Source of the DNA: Spirochaetota bacterium
GTDB lineage: Bacteria > Spirochaetota > UBA12135 > COTS27 > CBDBHE01
Reading direction: 5' to 3'
Assembly: GCA_965205605.1 (NCBI GenBank)
Contig: CBDBHE010000007.1
Coordinates: 83,479-147,478, forward strand
Length of the DNA stretch: 64,000 nucleotides
Part shown: piece after piece, positions 56,671-64,000 of the stretch
Layout of the letters: each line of letters begins with the position of its first letter
Numbering within the stretch: the stretch's first letter is position 1
Translations under genes and position numbers: made by a program
Notes under the pieces: generated by a model
Database searches by the model: none
Told to the model about the DNA's origin: nothing
What the model saw: the letters and a program-made list of their open reading frames with translations, nothing else

Positions 56671-59600
56671 ATGACTGATTTTGTTCACTTACACACTTAT
56701 TCTGACTACTCTCTTTTAAAAGGAATGTCTCCCATCTCTCAGCTGACTCAAAAAGTAGCTGAAGAAACAATGCCTGCTTTGGCTTTAACTGATTTTGGAA
56801 ATCTCTATGGAGCGATGGAATTTTATACTTCCGTTGAAAAAATCAATCAATCAATCAAAACGCCAATTAAACCTATTTTAGGATGTGAAATCTTAATTAA
56901 TACCAATCATGCTTTTTTTCCTCTACTTCTTTTGGTGAAAAATTTAAAAGGATATAAAAACTTAATTAAATTAATTTCAACGGCTTGTCTTAAAAAAAAA
57001 TCAACCGACCCTTTCCCTTCTATTAAAAAAAAAGTACTTGAAAATTATAAAGAAGGACTCATCGCTCTTTCTGCTGGTCTTGAAGGTGAAATTGCTTGTT
57101 TAATCCTTCAAAACAAATCTCCTGAAAAAGTAATCGATTTTTATGCTTCTTTATTTGGAAAAGATCACTTTTTTTTAGAAATACAAAACCATCAGAATAA
57201 AGATGAACTTCGTATTCGTGAAAAATTAAGCCAGCTTTCTAAAACAATGAAGCTTCCTTTAGTTGCCACTAATGAAGTGCGCTACCTCAATAAAGAAGAT
57301 GCCTCAGCTCATGAAATTTTACTACGTATTCAATCAAAAGAGACGATTTTTGAAACAGAAAAAAATGGAAAAATCACTCAATTTTCTACTCCTGGTACAG
57401 GGTATCACTTTAAAACTTATGAAGAAATGTTAGTTAATTTTCCAGATCAAAAAGAAGCTTTAAAAAACACTGTCAAAATTGCAGAAATGTGTCATTTAAC
57501 TTTTCCAAAAACAAAAATTCACTACCCTCTTTTTACAGTCCCCAAAAAAAAAAGCGAGTTTGAATTTTTAAAAGAAGAGTGCTTAAAAAGATTAAAAGAA
57601 AAAAAGCAAACTCTTAGTGAAACTTATTTAAACAGACTTGAATACGAACTTGATATTATCAAACGAATGGGCTTCTCTTCTTACTTTCTTATTACAGCTG
57701 ATTTTATTAATTTTGCTAAAAAAAAAGGAATCCTCGTAGGGCCAGGTAGAGGTTCAGCAGCAGGATCTTTGGTGGTGTATGCCATGGGGATCACTTCTAT
57801 TGATCCAATTGAAAATGGACTCCTTTTCGAACGTTTTTTAAATCCTGAAAGAATCACCCTTCCTGATATTGATATTGATTTTCAAGATAATCGAAGAGAA
57901 GAAATTATTGAATATTGTAAAAAAAAATATGGCACCAATCGAATCGCTCAAATTATTACTTACGGAAAATTAAAAGCAAGAGCTGTTTTTAAAGATATCT
58001 CAAGAGTTTTTAAAATTGACTTTAACAAAGCCAATCAAATTTCATCTCTCATTACTCAAGGAAAAACTCTAAAAACAACTTATGAAGAAAATGATGCTTT
58101 CAAAGACACCATTATAGGTAATATCTTACTACAAAATGTTTATCGGTATGCTTTAAAATTAGAAGGCCTTACGCGACACACCGGGGTTCATGCTGCTGGA
58201 GTGATTATTTCCGATCGGAGTATTGATTCTTACGTTCCTCTGACAAAAGACGAAGAAGGCAATATTTTGACTCAATATGAAGGGGGTCTTCTTGAAGAAA
58301 AATGTGGTTTAATAAAAATGGATTTTTTAGGCCTCAAAACACTTTCTATTTTACAAGAATGCATCACTCTTATTAAACAAACTAAAAAAGAAACCATTGA
58401 TTTAGAATCAATTTCCTTAAAAGATCTCAAAACCTATTCCTTGCTTTCAAAAGGAAACTCTTTAGGTGTTTTTCAGTTTGAATCTTCAGGGATGAGGCAA
58501 TGTCTAAAAGAATTAAAACCCAATTGTCTTGAAGACTTAACAACGATGAACGCCATGTATCGTCCAGGTCCAATGAGTTGGATTTCTATTTATATCGCTA
58601 AAAAACATCATAAAAAACCACGTTTTGAAGACCCAAAGCTTAAATCAGATTTTGAAAAACATGAAAAACTTTTAAAAAAATATCCCGTATTAGAAGAAAT
58701 CTTAAAAACAACCAATGGAATCCCTATTTACCAAGAACAAATTATGGAAATAGGTAAAAACTACGCTGGGCTTTCTTTTGGAAAAGCAGATTTGATGAGA
58801 CGAGCTATGGGGAAAAAAAAAATTAAAGAACTCGCTAAAATCGAAAAGGAATTTATCAAAGGAGCTGAAAATAAAGGTTATCAAGGCAAAGATTCAAAGT
58901 TTTTATTTGAAAAAATTATTATGCCTTTCGCCGGCTATGGTTTTAATAAGTCTCATGCTGTTTGTTATGCCTATATCGCTTATCAAACCGCTTATTTAAA
59001 AGCTAATTATACGGCTGAGTTTATGACTTCTTTACTTAATTCAGAATGTGATAATACTGACAAAATTAAATTTTATCTCGATGAAGCCACTCTTTTAAAA
59101 ATTAAAGTCCTTCCCCCAGATATTAATAATTCTAGCATTAACTTTAAAGTCATTCCCCCCCACATCACCTATGCTTTAAGGGCCATTAAAGGTGTGGGAA
59201 AAAATGTTAGCTTACAAATCATTGAAAACAGAAAAACAAAAGGAACCTATACTTCCTTTGAAGATTTCCTTAGAAAAAATAACAATAATCTTAACAAGCA
59301 AGTCGTAGAAAACTTAATCAAAGTAGGTTCTTTTCTTTCTTTAGGCGTTAAAATACAAACACTCCTAGAGGCATACCCTTTAATCACCGAAAAACTAAAT
59401 GAAGAAGAAACAATGAAACGAGGTGGACAAGTAACCCTTTTTGATAACAAAAAACTTTTAGATCAAACAGCTCACGAAGACCAATTTAAAAAATTACTAA
59501 TCCCTAAAGCAGACTTCATTGATAATTTAAAAGAATATGAAAAACAAGCTTTAGGGTTTAATTTACGCCATAATGAAGTCATCCAACATTCCAAAGAAAT

Positions 59601-60216
59601 GGTAACAAAAACCAATATTGATTTTTCTAATAAAACCATTTGGATCGATAGAAAAATTGTAAAAGCACTAGTCTTTATTGAAAATATTAGAGCCATTAAA
59701 ACAAAAAAAAACTCTGATATGGCTTTTGTAACCATCAAACACCCAACTGGTGTCTCAGATGCTATTATTTTTCCAACTCAATACAAAAAAATTAAAGATC
59801 AAAAAACTAAAACAAAAAACTTGGTTTTACAAAAAGGAATCCTCGTCTATATCATTGGAATAATACAAAATAATACAAAAGGACAAAGTATTATTATCGA
59901 AAAAATTAAAGAATTTATCCCTGAAAAAAAAAACCATCATCTTAACTCTGAGCCTAAACAACCAAAAATAATGCCTTCTATTTTAAACACCTTATCTATT
60001 AAATTTTCAAACAATCAAGCCACTAAAGAAGAGCTTTTAGATTTAAAAAGTACTCTTAAAAAACAAGCTGGAAAAAAATGTAAAATTGTATTGCTTTTTA
60101 ACAATGGCCAAAAAGATATCAAAGTAGAAACAAATGATGTTTTAGTTGATTATTCAGAAAAATTAATTGAAAATCTTTATAAAAAAAATTTTGTTCAAAA
60201 AGCTTGGTTTCATTAA
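56671..60216 (+). CDS. dnaE: DNA polymerase III alpha subunit
   Basis: PHP domain MTDFVHLHTYSDYSLLKG. Polymerase core ..PDIDIDF.. and ..GVHAAGVIIS... C-terminal OB domain. Length 1181 aa. Confidence 0.9.
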   Translation: MTDFVHLHTYSDYSLLKGMSPISQLTQKVAEETMPALALTDFGNLYGAMEFYTSVEKINQSIKTPIKPILGCEILINTNHAFFPLLLLVKNLKGYKNLIKLISTACLKKKSTDPFPSIKKKVLENYKEGLIALSAGLEGEIACLILQNKSPEKVIDFYASLFGKDHFFLEIQNHQNKDELRIREKLSQLSKTMKLPLVATNEVRYLNKEDASAHEILLRIQSKETIFETEKNGKITQFSTPGTGYHFKTYEEMLVNFPDQKEALKNTVKIAEMCHLTFPKTKIHYPLFTVPKKKSEFEFLKEECLKRLKEKKQTLSETYLNRLEYELDIIKRMGFSSYFLITADFINFAKKKGILVGPGRGSAAGSLVVYAMGITSIDPIENGLLFERFLNPERITLPDIDIDFQDNRREEIIEYCKKKYGTNRIAQIITYGKLKARAVFKDISRVFKIDFNKANQISSLITQGKTLKTTYEENDAFKDTIIGNILLQNVYRYALKLEGLTRHTGVHAAGVIISDRSIDSYVPLTKDEEGNILTQYEGGLLEEKCGLIKMDFLGLKTLSILQECITLIKQTKKETIDLESISLKDLKTYSLLSKGNSLGVFQFESSGMRQCLKELKPNCLEDLTTMNAMYRPGPMSWISIYIAKKHHKKPRFEDPKLKSDFEKHEKLLKKYPVLEEILKTTNGIPIYQEQIMEIGKNYAGLSFGKADLMRRAMGKKKIKELAKIEKEFIKGAENKGYQGKDSKFLFEKIIMPFAGYGFNKSHAVCYAYIAYQTAYLKANYTAEFMTSLLNSECDNTDKIKFYLDEATLLKIKVLPPDINNSSINFKVIPPHITYALRAIKGVGKNVSLQIIENRKTKGTYTSFEDFLRKNNNNLNKQVVENLIKVGSFLSLGVKIQTLLEAYPLITEKLNEEETMKRGGQVTLFDNKKLLDQTAHEDQFKKLLIPKADFIDNLKEYEKQALGFNLRHNEVIQHSKEMVTKTNIDFSNKTIWIDRKIVKALVFIENIRAIKTKKNSDMAFVTIKHPTGVSDAIIFPTQYKKIKDQKTKTKNLVLQKGILVYIIGIIQNNTKGQSIIIEKIKEFIPEKKNHHLNSEPKQPKIMPSILNTLSIKFSNNQATKEELLDLKSTLKKQAGKKCKIVLLFNNGQKDIKVETNDVLVDYSEKLIENLYKKNFVQKAWFH

Positions 60217-60238
60217 ATAAATAAGCTAGAAATTTTAT

Positions 60239-62659
60239 TTAGAGGGTATATATCTTCATATTAACTTCAAGCTCTTTTGGATAAGAACCATCTTCATTTT
60301 GAAATTTCCTGTATTTTGCTTCTAAAGAAGATAAACTTCTTGATGCTTGATGATGATGTCGACTAACCAGCCTTTCAAAAGCAGGTAAATTAGCAAGCTT
60401 TTTTCTAATAGATTTGCTAAAAGGTAAGTGTCTAAAAAAGAGATCTCTTACAACAGTATCTAATTTCATCACCCCTTGACTTTCGTACTTAATCCATAAA
60501 GAATAATAAAATCCAAAAATTCGCTTATTATCTTTACGATTAGAGGTAATGATTTTTTTAATTTTTTCTTTTGCTCCTGTCGATAATTTAGAGTTTTTCT
60601 TATAAGTAGTAATATAATTATAAAAAGCACCCGTAATGCCTCCATCAATAGGATCCGACCAAGAAAGACCTTTGACTGTACAACAAATCTCCCACCGATA
60701 TTCTCCCAAAGCTTTAATAAACGCTTTTTCTAAATCCCCTGTAAAAAACAAAGGAATCAAAAAACGTGCTCTAGTTTGTTTATTAGTCCCACTAATGTCT
60801 TGCCAAAAAAAGACTTTATCTCCTATTACTGGTAAAATAACTACATAAGGGAAGACCTCCATTTGAATAATGGTATTGGCTTTTTTTGAAAGCCGGTAAA
60901 GAGTTTCCCTATAAAAAAGGCTATAATCTCTTTCAATAATGGATTGAAAGATTTTATCAATTTTTTGTTTTTGAATCATAATTTCTTTAAAATCATGTGG
61001 CTTGTTAAGCTCTGTCATAAAAAAAAGTGCTCTAGGAGGAGATTCATTAACAATTTTAAGAGCAACTGAAATCATATTATCCATTTCATATTTAACAATG
61101 GCTTTTTTTATATCTTCCTCGCTTAAACCTTCTTCTATTTTTCTTTGTTTAGAAGACTTTCGCTTTTCTTTTTCTAAAAGAAATTTTTGATAAGTCACTC
61201 CAAGCTCTGTATTAGAAGGGATTTCCTCTCCATTATAAATATTTTTAAGCCAATCAAATAAAGAAATAAAAATCAATTGACTCTCCACTTCTTCAGAATA
61301 ACTTTCTAAAAAATTTTTTGCTTCTGCATCCACTAGATCTTTACTGATAAAACTAAAATTCAAAAACAACAAAAAATCTTTATTTTTTTTTATTGGTAAT
61401 TCTTTTTGAAAAAGATGGGTGCTTACCTTAATATAAAGATTGACATAATTTTCATTTATTTTCTTAATCACAATACGTTCTTTATCATTGGCATCTTGAA
61501 GATTTTTTATCTGTCCCAAAGCTTTATAGCTAGTGCTTAATTCTTTTAGGAATTCTGGTTCTAAAAAATCAGCCTCTTTAATAGAAGGCAGCATTGCCGC
61601 ACTTAATTGCACTTCTTTTTTTCTTTTTAATGGCCTGCCTATTTCTTCACTGTCTTCTGCCCCTTCTCCTTTATAGATTTTTTCTAAGGAAGAAGTAAGT
61701 AGAAAACTAATTTTTTTAAAATCAAATAATTTTTCAATCGAATCTTTTATTTCTGAAAAAGCCATCAAAAAATCCTCTTTAAGCATATTTAAACTTTCTG
61801 ATATTTCTTGATTCCAATTAATTTTTTTGTTAATACTTAAAGAAACTGTTTTAGCCAAAATGGATTCTTCTCCTTCAACAAGAGCTAAGATTTCTGTATA
61901 AATTCTCTTTACTTTCTTTTCTATATTAAGAAAATAATAATGAATCTCACTACCGAGTACTTCATAAATTTTACTCAAAATATGTAAATGTTGTTTGGAA
62001 AGTTGCTTTAAAAACCGATCTTCTTTTTCAAAAAAATCATTAATAAAAATCGTTTCTTTTTTAGAAAAATCTTCTTTTTCAAAAAAAGGAGTAAAGTTCA
62101 TTGTAAAAGCTTTTCCTTCAGTAAAGCTAATATTTTCATCTGCAACTTTTTCAATGAATTGCTCCATGATTTTTTGATAACCGACATTCTTTTCAAAGCT
62201 TATACCACAAATAGAAATATGAAGAAGAAATTTTCTATTAAGTTCAAAAATATTGTCATAAAAAGTCTTTAATTTTTGATACAGATCTTTATATTCTTTT
62301 AAAGATTGCTCCATTTGCCTTAAGACTTTAATTCCTAAGTCAATATTATGATAAAAAAAAGTTTGACTATTTTTAATCGGATAAATAGAAATCGACCCTT
62401 TTCTCTCTGAAAAAATATTTGGAAAAACAAGGCTTTTGGTGCAAAGAGAAAGTCCGCCTAAAAAATCATTGGTACTTAAAGTTTTAATTTTAAAAAAAAC
62501 ACGACCTCCTTCAAGTTTTTTATCCGGATAAGAAATAACGCTAACAACACCACTATTAAGTCTAATAAAATAAGAACCTCGACTATTTTCATCTAAAAGA
62601 AGCTCCCCTTCTTTAAAAACAACTTGTTCTTGAAAAACATTTAATTTTTTTAAAGACAC
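60239..62659 (-). CDS. large hypothetical cytoplasmic protein (806 aa) with an N-terminal cyclic-nucleotide-binding-like domain
   Basis: N-terminal ..EQVVFKEGELLLDENSRGSYFIRLNSGVVSV.. resembles cNMP-binding/CAP beta-roll motifs. The rest is unassigned. Confidence 0.5.
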   Translation of the reverse strand: MSLKKLNVFQEQVVFKEGELLLDENSRGSYFIRLNSGVVSVISYPDKKLEGGRVFFKIKTLSTNDFLGGLSLCTKSLVFPNIFSERKGSISIYPIKNSQTFFYHNIDLGIKVLRQMEQSLKEYKDLYQKLKTFYDNIFELNRKFLLHISICGISFEKNVGYQKIMEQFIEKVADENISFTEGKAFTMNFTPFFEKEDFSKKETIFINDFFEKEDRFLKQLSKQHLHILSKIYEVLGSEIHYYFLNIEKKVKRIYTEILALVEGEESILAKTVSLSINKKINWNQEISESLNMLKEDFLMAFSEIKDSIEKLFDFKKISFLLTSSLEKIYKGEGAEDSEEIGRPLKRKKEVQLSAAMLPSIKEADFLEPEFLKELSTSYKALGQIKNLQDANDKERIVIKKINENYVNLYIKVSTHLFQKELPIKKNKDFLLFLNFSFISKDLVDAEAKNFLESYSEEVESQLIFISLFDWLKNIYNGEEIPSNTELGVTYQKFLLEKEKRKSSKQRKIEEGLSEEDIKKAIVKYEMDNMISVALKIVNESPPRALFFMTELNKPHDFKEIMIQKQKIDKIFQSIIERDYSLFYRETLYRLSKKANTIIQMEVFPYVVILPVIGDKVFFWQDISGTNKQTRARFLIPLFFTGDLEKAFIKALGEYRWEICCTVKGLSWSDPIDGGITGAFYNYITTYKKNSKLSTGAKEKIKKIITSNRKDNKRIFGFYYSLWIKYESQGVMKLDTVVRDLFFRHLPFSKSIRKKLANLPAFERLVSRHHHQASRSLSSLEAKYRKFQNEDGSYPKELEVNMKIYTL

Positions 62660-62779
62660 GTTTTACTCATCATTTTTTTTATAACAAAATTTTTTAATAA
62701 AAAACAAGAAAGGATCAATTTTTTCAAAATGATTGACAACGAAATCATACTAATATTTTTCGGAAAGAATCTAAAAATC

Positions 62780-63550
62780 TTAAAACAAAACTCCATCTTC
62801 AAAAACAACTTTCCAATCTTTTTTCTCAAGTAATTGCTCAACAAATAAAGGAATCACTTTAGTGGCTTTTCCATAAATACTTTTTTGAAAAAACTTTTGA
62901 TTAACAGAAGGTTGTAAATTGATTTCAATGGTTTGTGCCCCTGCTAAAAAAGCTTGCTCTACAAAACCAGCAGCCGGAGACACATTTCCCGAAGTTCCTA
63001 TAGAAATAAACAAGCCGGCTTGGGCTAATTTTTCATCAATTAGCTCCATCTCAAAAGGCATTTCTTCAAACCACACAATGCGAGGTCTTAAGCTTTTAGT
63101 TTTTAAGCATTTGGGACAAGGTAAAGCCGTACTTGTGTGTTTTTTCCACTCAAAGATATTTTCACAATAAATACAAAAAACTTTTAAAAGTTCTCCATGC
63201 ATATGGATGACTTCTGTTTGCTTTGCTCTTTCATGCATGTTGTCTACATTCTGAGTAATCACACACACTTCTTCTTTCCATTCTTTTTGTAATTTGGATA
63301 AAGCAAAATGAGCTTTATTAGGCTTGATAGATGGATGCTTAAGCGCTTTTCGTCTTTCATTATAAAAGTGATGCACTAAATCTGGATTTCTTATAAATCC
63401 TCCAGGCGTTGCAATATCTTCAATCACATGACCTTCCCAAAGCCCTTCTTGCTCTCTAAAAGTTTTAATTCCTGATTCTGCAGAAATACCTGCACCCGTT
63501 AAAATAACAATTTTTTTTTTAGAATTCAATGATAAAAAAAAATCTTTCAA
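62780..63550 (-). CDS. cobB: NAD-dependent protein deacylase (sirtuin, CobB/Sir2 family)
   Basis: GAGISAESGIKTFR NAD-binding motif. Zn-ribbon cysteines ..CIYCEN...CPKC... Conserved ..ITQNVDNMHERA... Confidence 0.8.
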   Translation of the reverse strand: MKDFFLSLNSKKKIVILTGAGISAESGIKTFREQEGLWEGHVIEDIATPGGFIRNPDLVHHFYNERRKALKHPSIKPNKAHFALSKLQKEWKEEVCVITQNVDNMHERAKQTEVIHMHGELLKVFCIYCENIFEWKKHTSTALPCPKCLKTKSLRPRIVWFEEMPFEMELIDEKLAQAGLFISIGTSGNVSPAAGFVEQAFLAGAQTIEINLQPSVNQKFFQKSIYGKATKVIPLFVEQLLEKKDWKVVFEDGVLF

Positions 63551-63598
63551 TTAATAATAAAAGTTCCAATGTAAAATAGTTAGTTAGTTAATTAAACA

Positions 63599-64000
63599 AT
63601 GAAAACGATATTTTTTTTCCTAGTTTTTTTTCTATTTTCTTGCTCTAACTCAAAAGAAAACGTAAAAAAAAAACCAAAGCAAAGCAAAAAAAATATCGTA
63701 AGAACGATTAAAGTCTTTCGTACTAACATTACCCAAATTTTAAAAGAAAGCGGCAGTATCGAACCCGAAAAAGAACCCGAAGTTAAATCTAGAATCAGTG
63801 GGCGTGTGACGTCTATTTTAGTGAACGAAGGGGATAAAGTAAAAAAAGGACAAGTGATTGCAAAAATAGAACCTAATTTAGAACAAATAAAAACCATTAG
63901 TTCGATCACAAAACGAAATCAACAGTTTCAAATTAACCTTGAAAATAAACAAAGGAATTTTGATCGTAATAAAGATTTGTTTAACAAGGGATTTATTTCT
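63599..64000 (+). CDS. efflux-pump membrane fusion protein (HlyD/MacA-like periplasmic adaptor lipoprotein); 3' end lies outside the window (partial)
   Basis: Lipoprotein signal MKTIFFFLVFFLFSCSNS, then ..SGSIEPEKEPEVKSRISGRVTSILVNEGDKVKKGQVIAKIEP.. (biotinyl/lipoyl-like hairpin of MFPs). The minus-strand ORF 63592-63909 in the track is judged spurious. Confidence 0.65.
   Translation, partial: MKTIFFFLVFFLFSCSNSKENVKKKPKQSKKNIVRTIKVFRTNITQILKESGSIEPEKEPEVKSRISGRVTSILVNEGDKVKKGQVIAKIEPNLEQIKTISSITKRNQQFQINLENKQRNFDRNKDLFNKGFIS

Noticed and set aside
63592-63909. Minus-strand ORF of 105 aa
   Set aside because: The plus strand here encodes a convincing lipoprotein and membrane-fusion protein (MKTIFFFLVFFLFSCSNS...GDKVKKGQVIAKIEP). 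The minus-strand ORF is the antisense artefact.
1-64000. CRISPR arrays, rRNA genes, IS elements or transposases, integrases
   Set aside because: I scanned for regularly spaced direct repeats, rRNA-like conserved stretches, and transposase or integrase motifs and found none. The only repeats found are those listed: the flanking 95-bp repeats, the duplicated 5' module, and the hexanucleotide SSR.
1-64000. The many 9-12 nt poly-A/T runs (for example 6498-6508, 7689-7698, 13101-13112, 15552-15562, 42651-42661, 63511-63520) as phase-variation tracts
   Set aside because: At this base composition such runs are frequent and mostly encode Lys or Phe stretches. Only the two 14-nt tracts, at 48261-48274 and 49707-49720, were kept as candidates.

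Overview
The window is a 64 kb chromosomal segment from a very AT-rich (roughly 25-30% GC by eye) didermic bacterium. Coding density is high and the proteins are rich in Lys, Asn, Ile and Phe. The gene content combines LPS heptosyltransferase, O-antigen ligase and a TonB-dependent receptor with an HprK/HPr pair, an rplU-prp-rpmA block, a FapA/DUF342 protein and a FliA-like sigma factor. That mix fits a spirochaete-like or Fusobacteria-like lineage, but I cannot fix the taxon from sequence alone.

Recognisable housekeeping genes are glmS, rplU, rpmA, rpmF, plsX, proA, purB, dxs, adk, dnaE, folE, a QueD/PTPS homologue, hprK, ptsH, rmuC, tsaE, a sirtuin, an LplA-family protein and an M23 peptidase. 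There are two tRNA genes, tRNA-Thr(UGU) and tRNA-Val(UAC). An approximately 11.5 kb LPS/O-antigen-type cluster sits at 6.5-18.1 kb, with four GT4-type glycosyltransferases, an AsnB-like amidotransferase, an NAD-dependent epimerase, an O-antigen ligase and a heptosyltransferase.

The most unusual content is a set of secreted polysaccharide-lyase genes with visibly higher GC than the surrounding DNA. Three are PL8-family paralogues, the family that includes hyaluronate, chondroitin AC and xanthan lyases, at 3401-6094, 22356-24908 and 51518-53971. A fourth secreted protein (49435-51408) has the same duplicated promoter and signal-peptide module as the third paralogue. A fifth (54203-55381) is a predicted beta-helix protein. 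The 49.2-56.4 kb group sits against the 3' end of tRNA-Val and is followed by about 1 kb of decayed DNA. One paralogue has a twin-arginine signal, and another is flanked by about 95 bp direct repeats.

Other notable items are a consensus sigma-54 promoter upstream of the small heat-shock gene, an Mrr restriction-enzyme pseudogene beside tRNA-Thr, a Prp protease homologue next to an L27 that has no propeptide, an 806-aa protein with an N-terminal cNMP-binding-like domain, and 14-nt poly-A tracts inside two coding regions. I found no CRISPR array, rRNA gene, or intact transposase or integrase.
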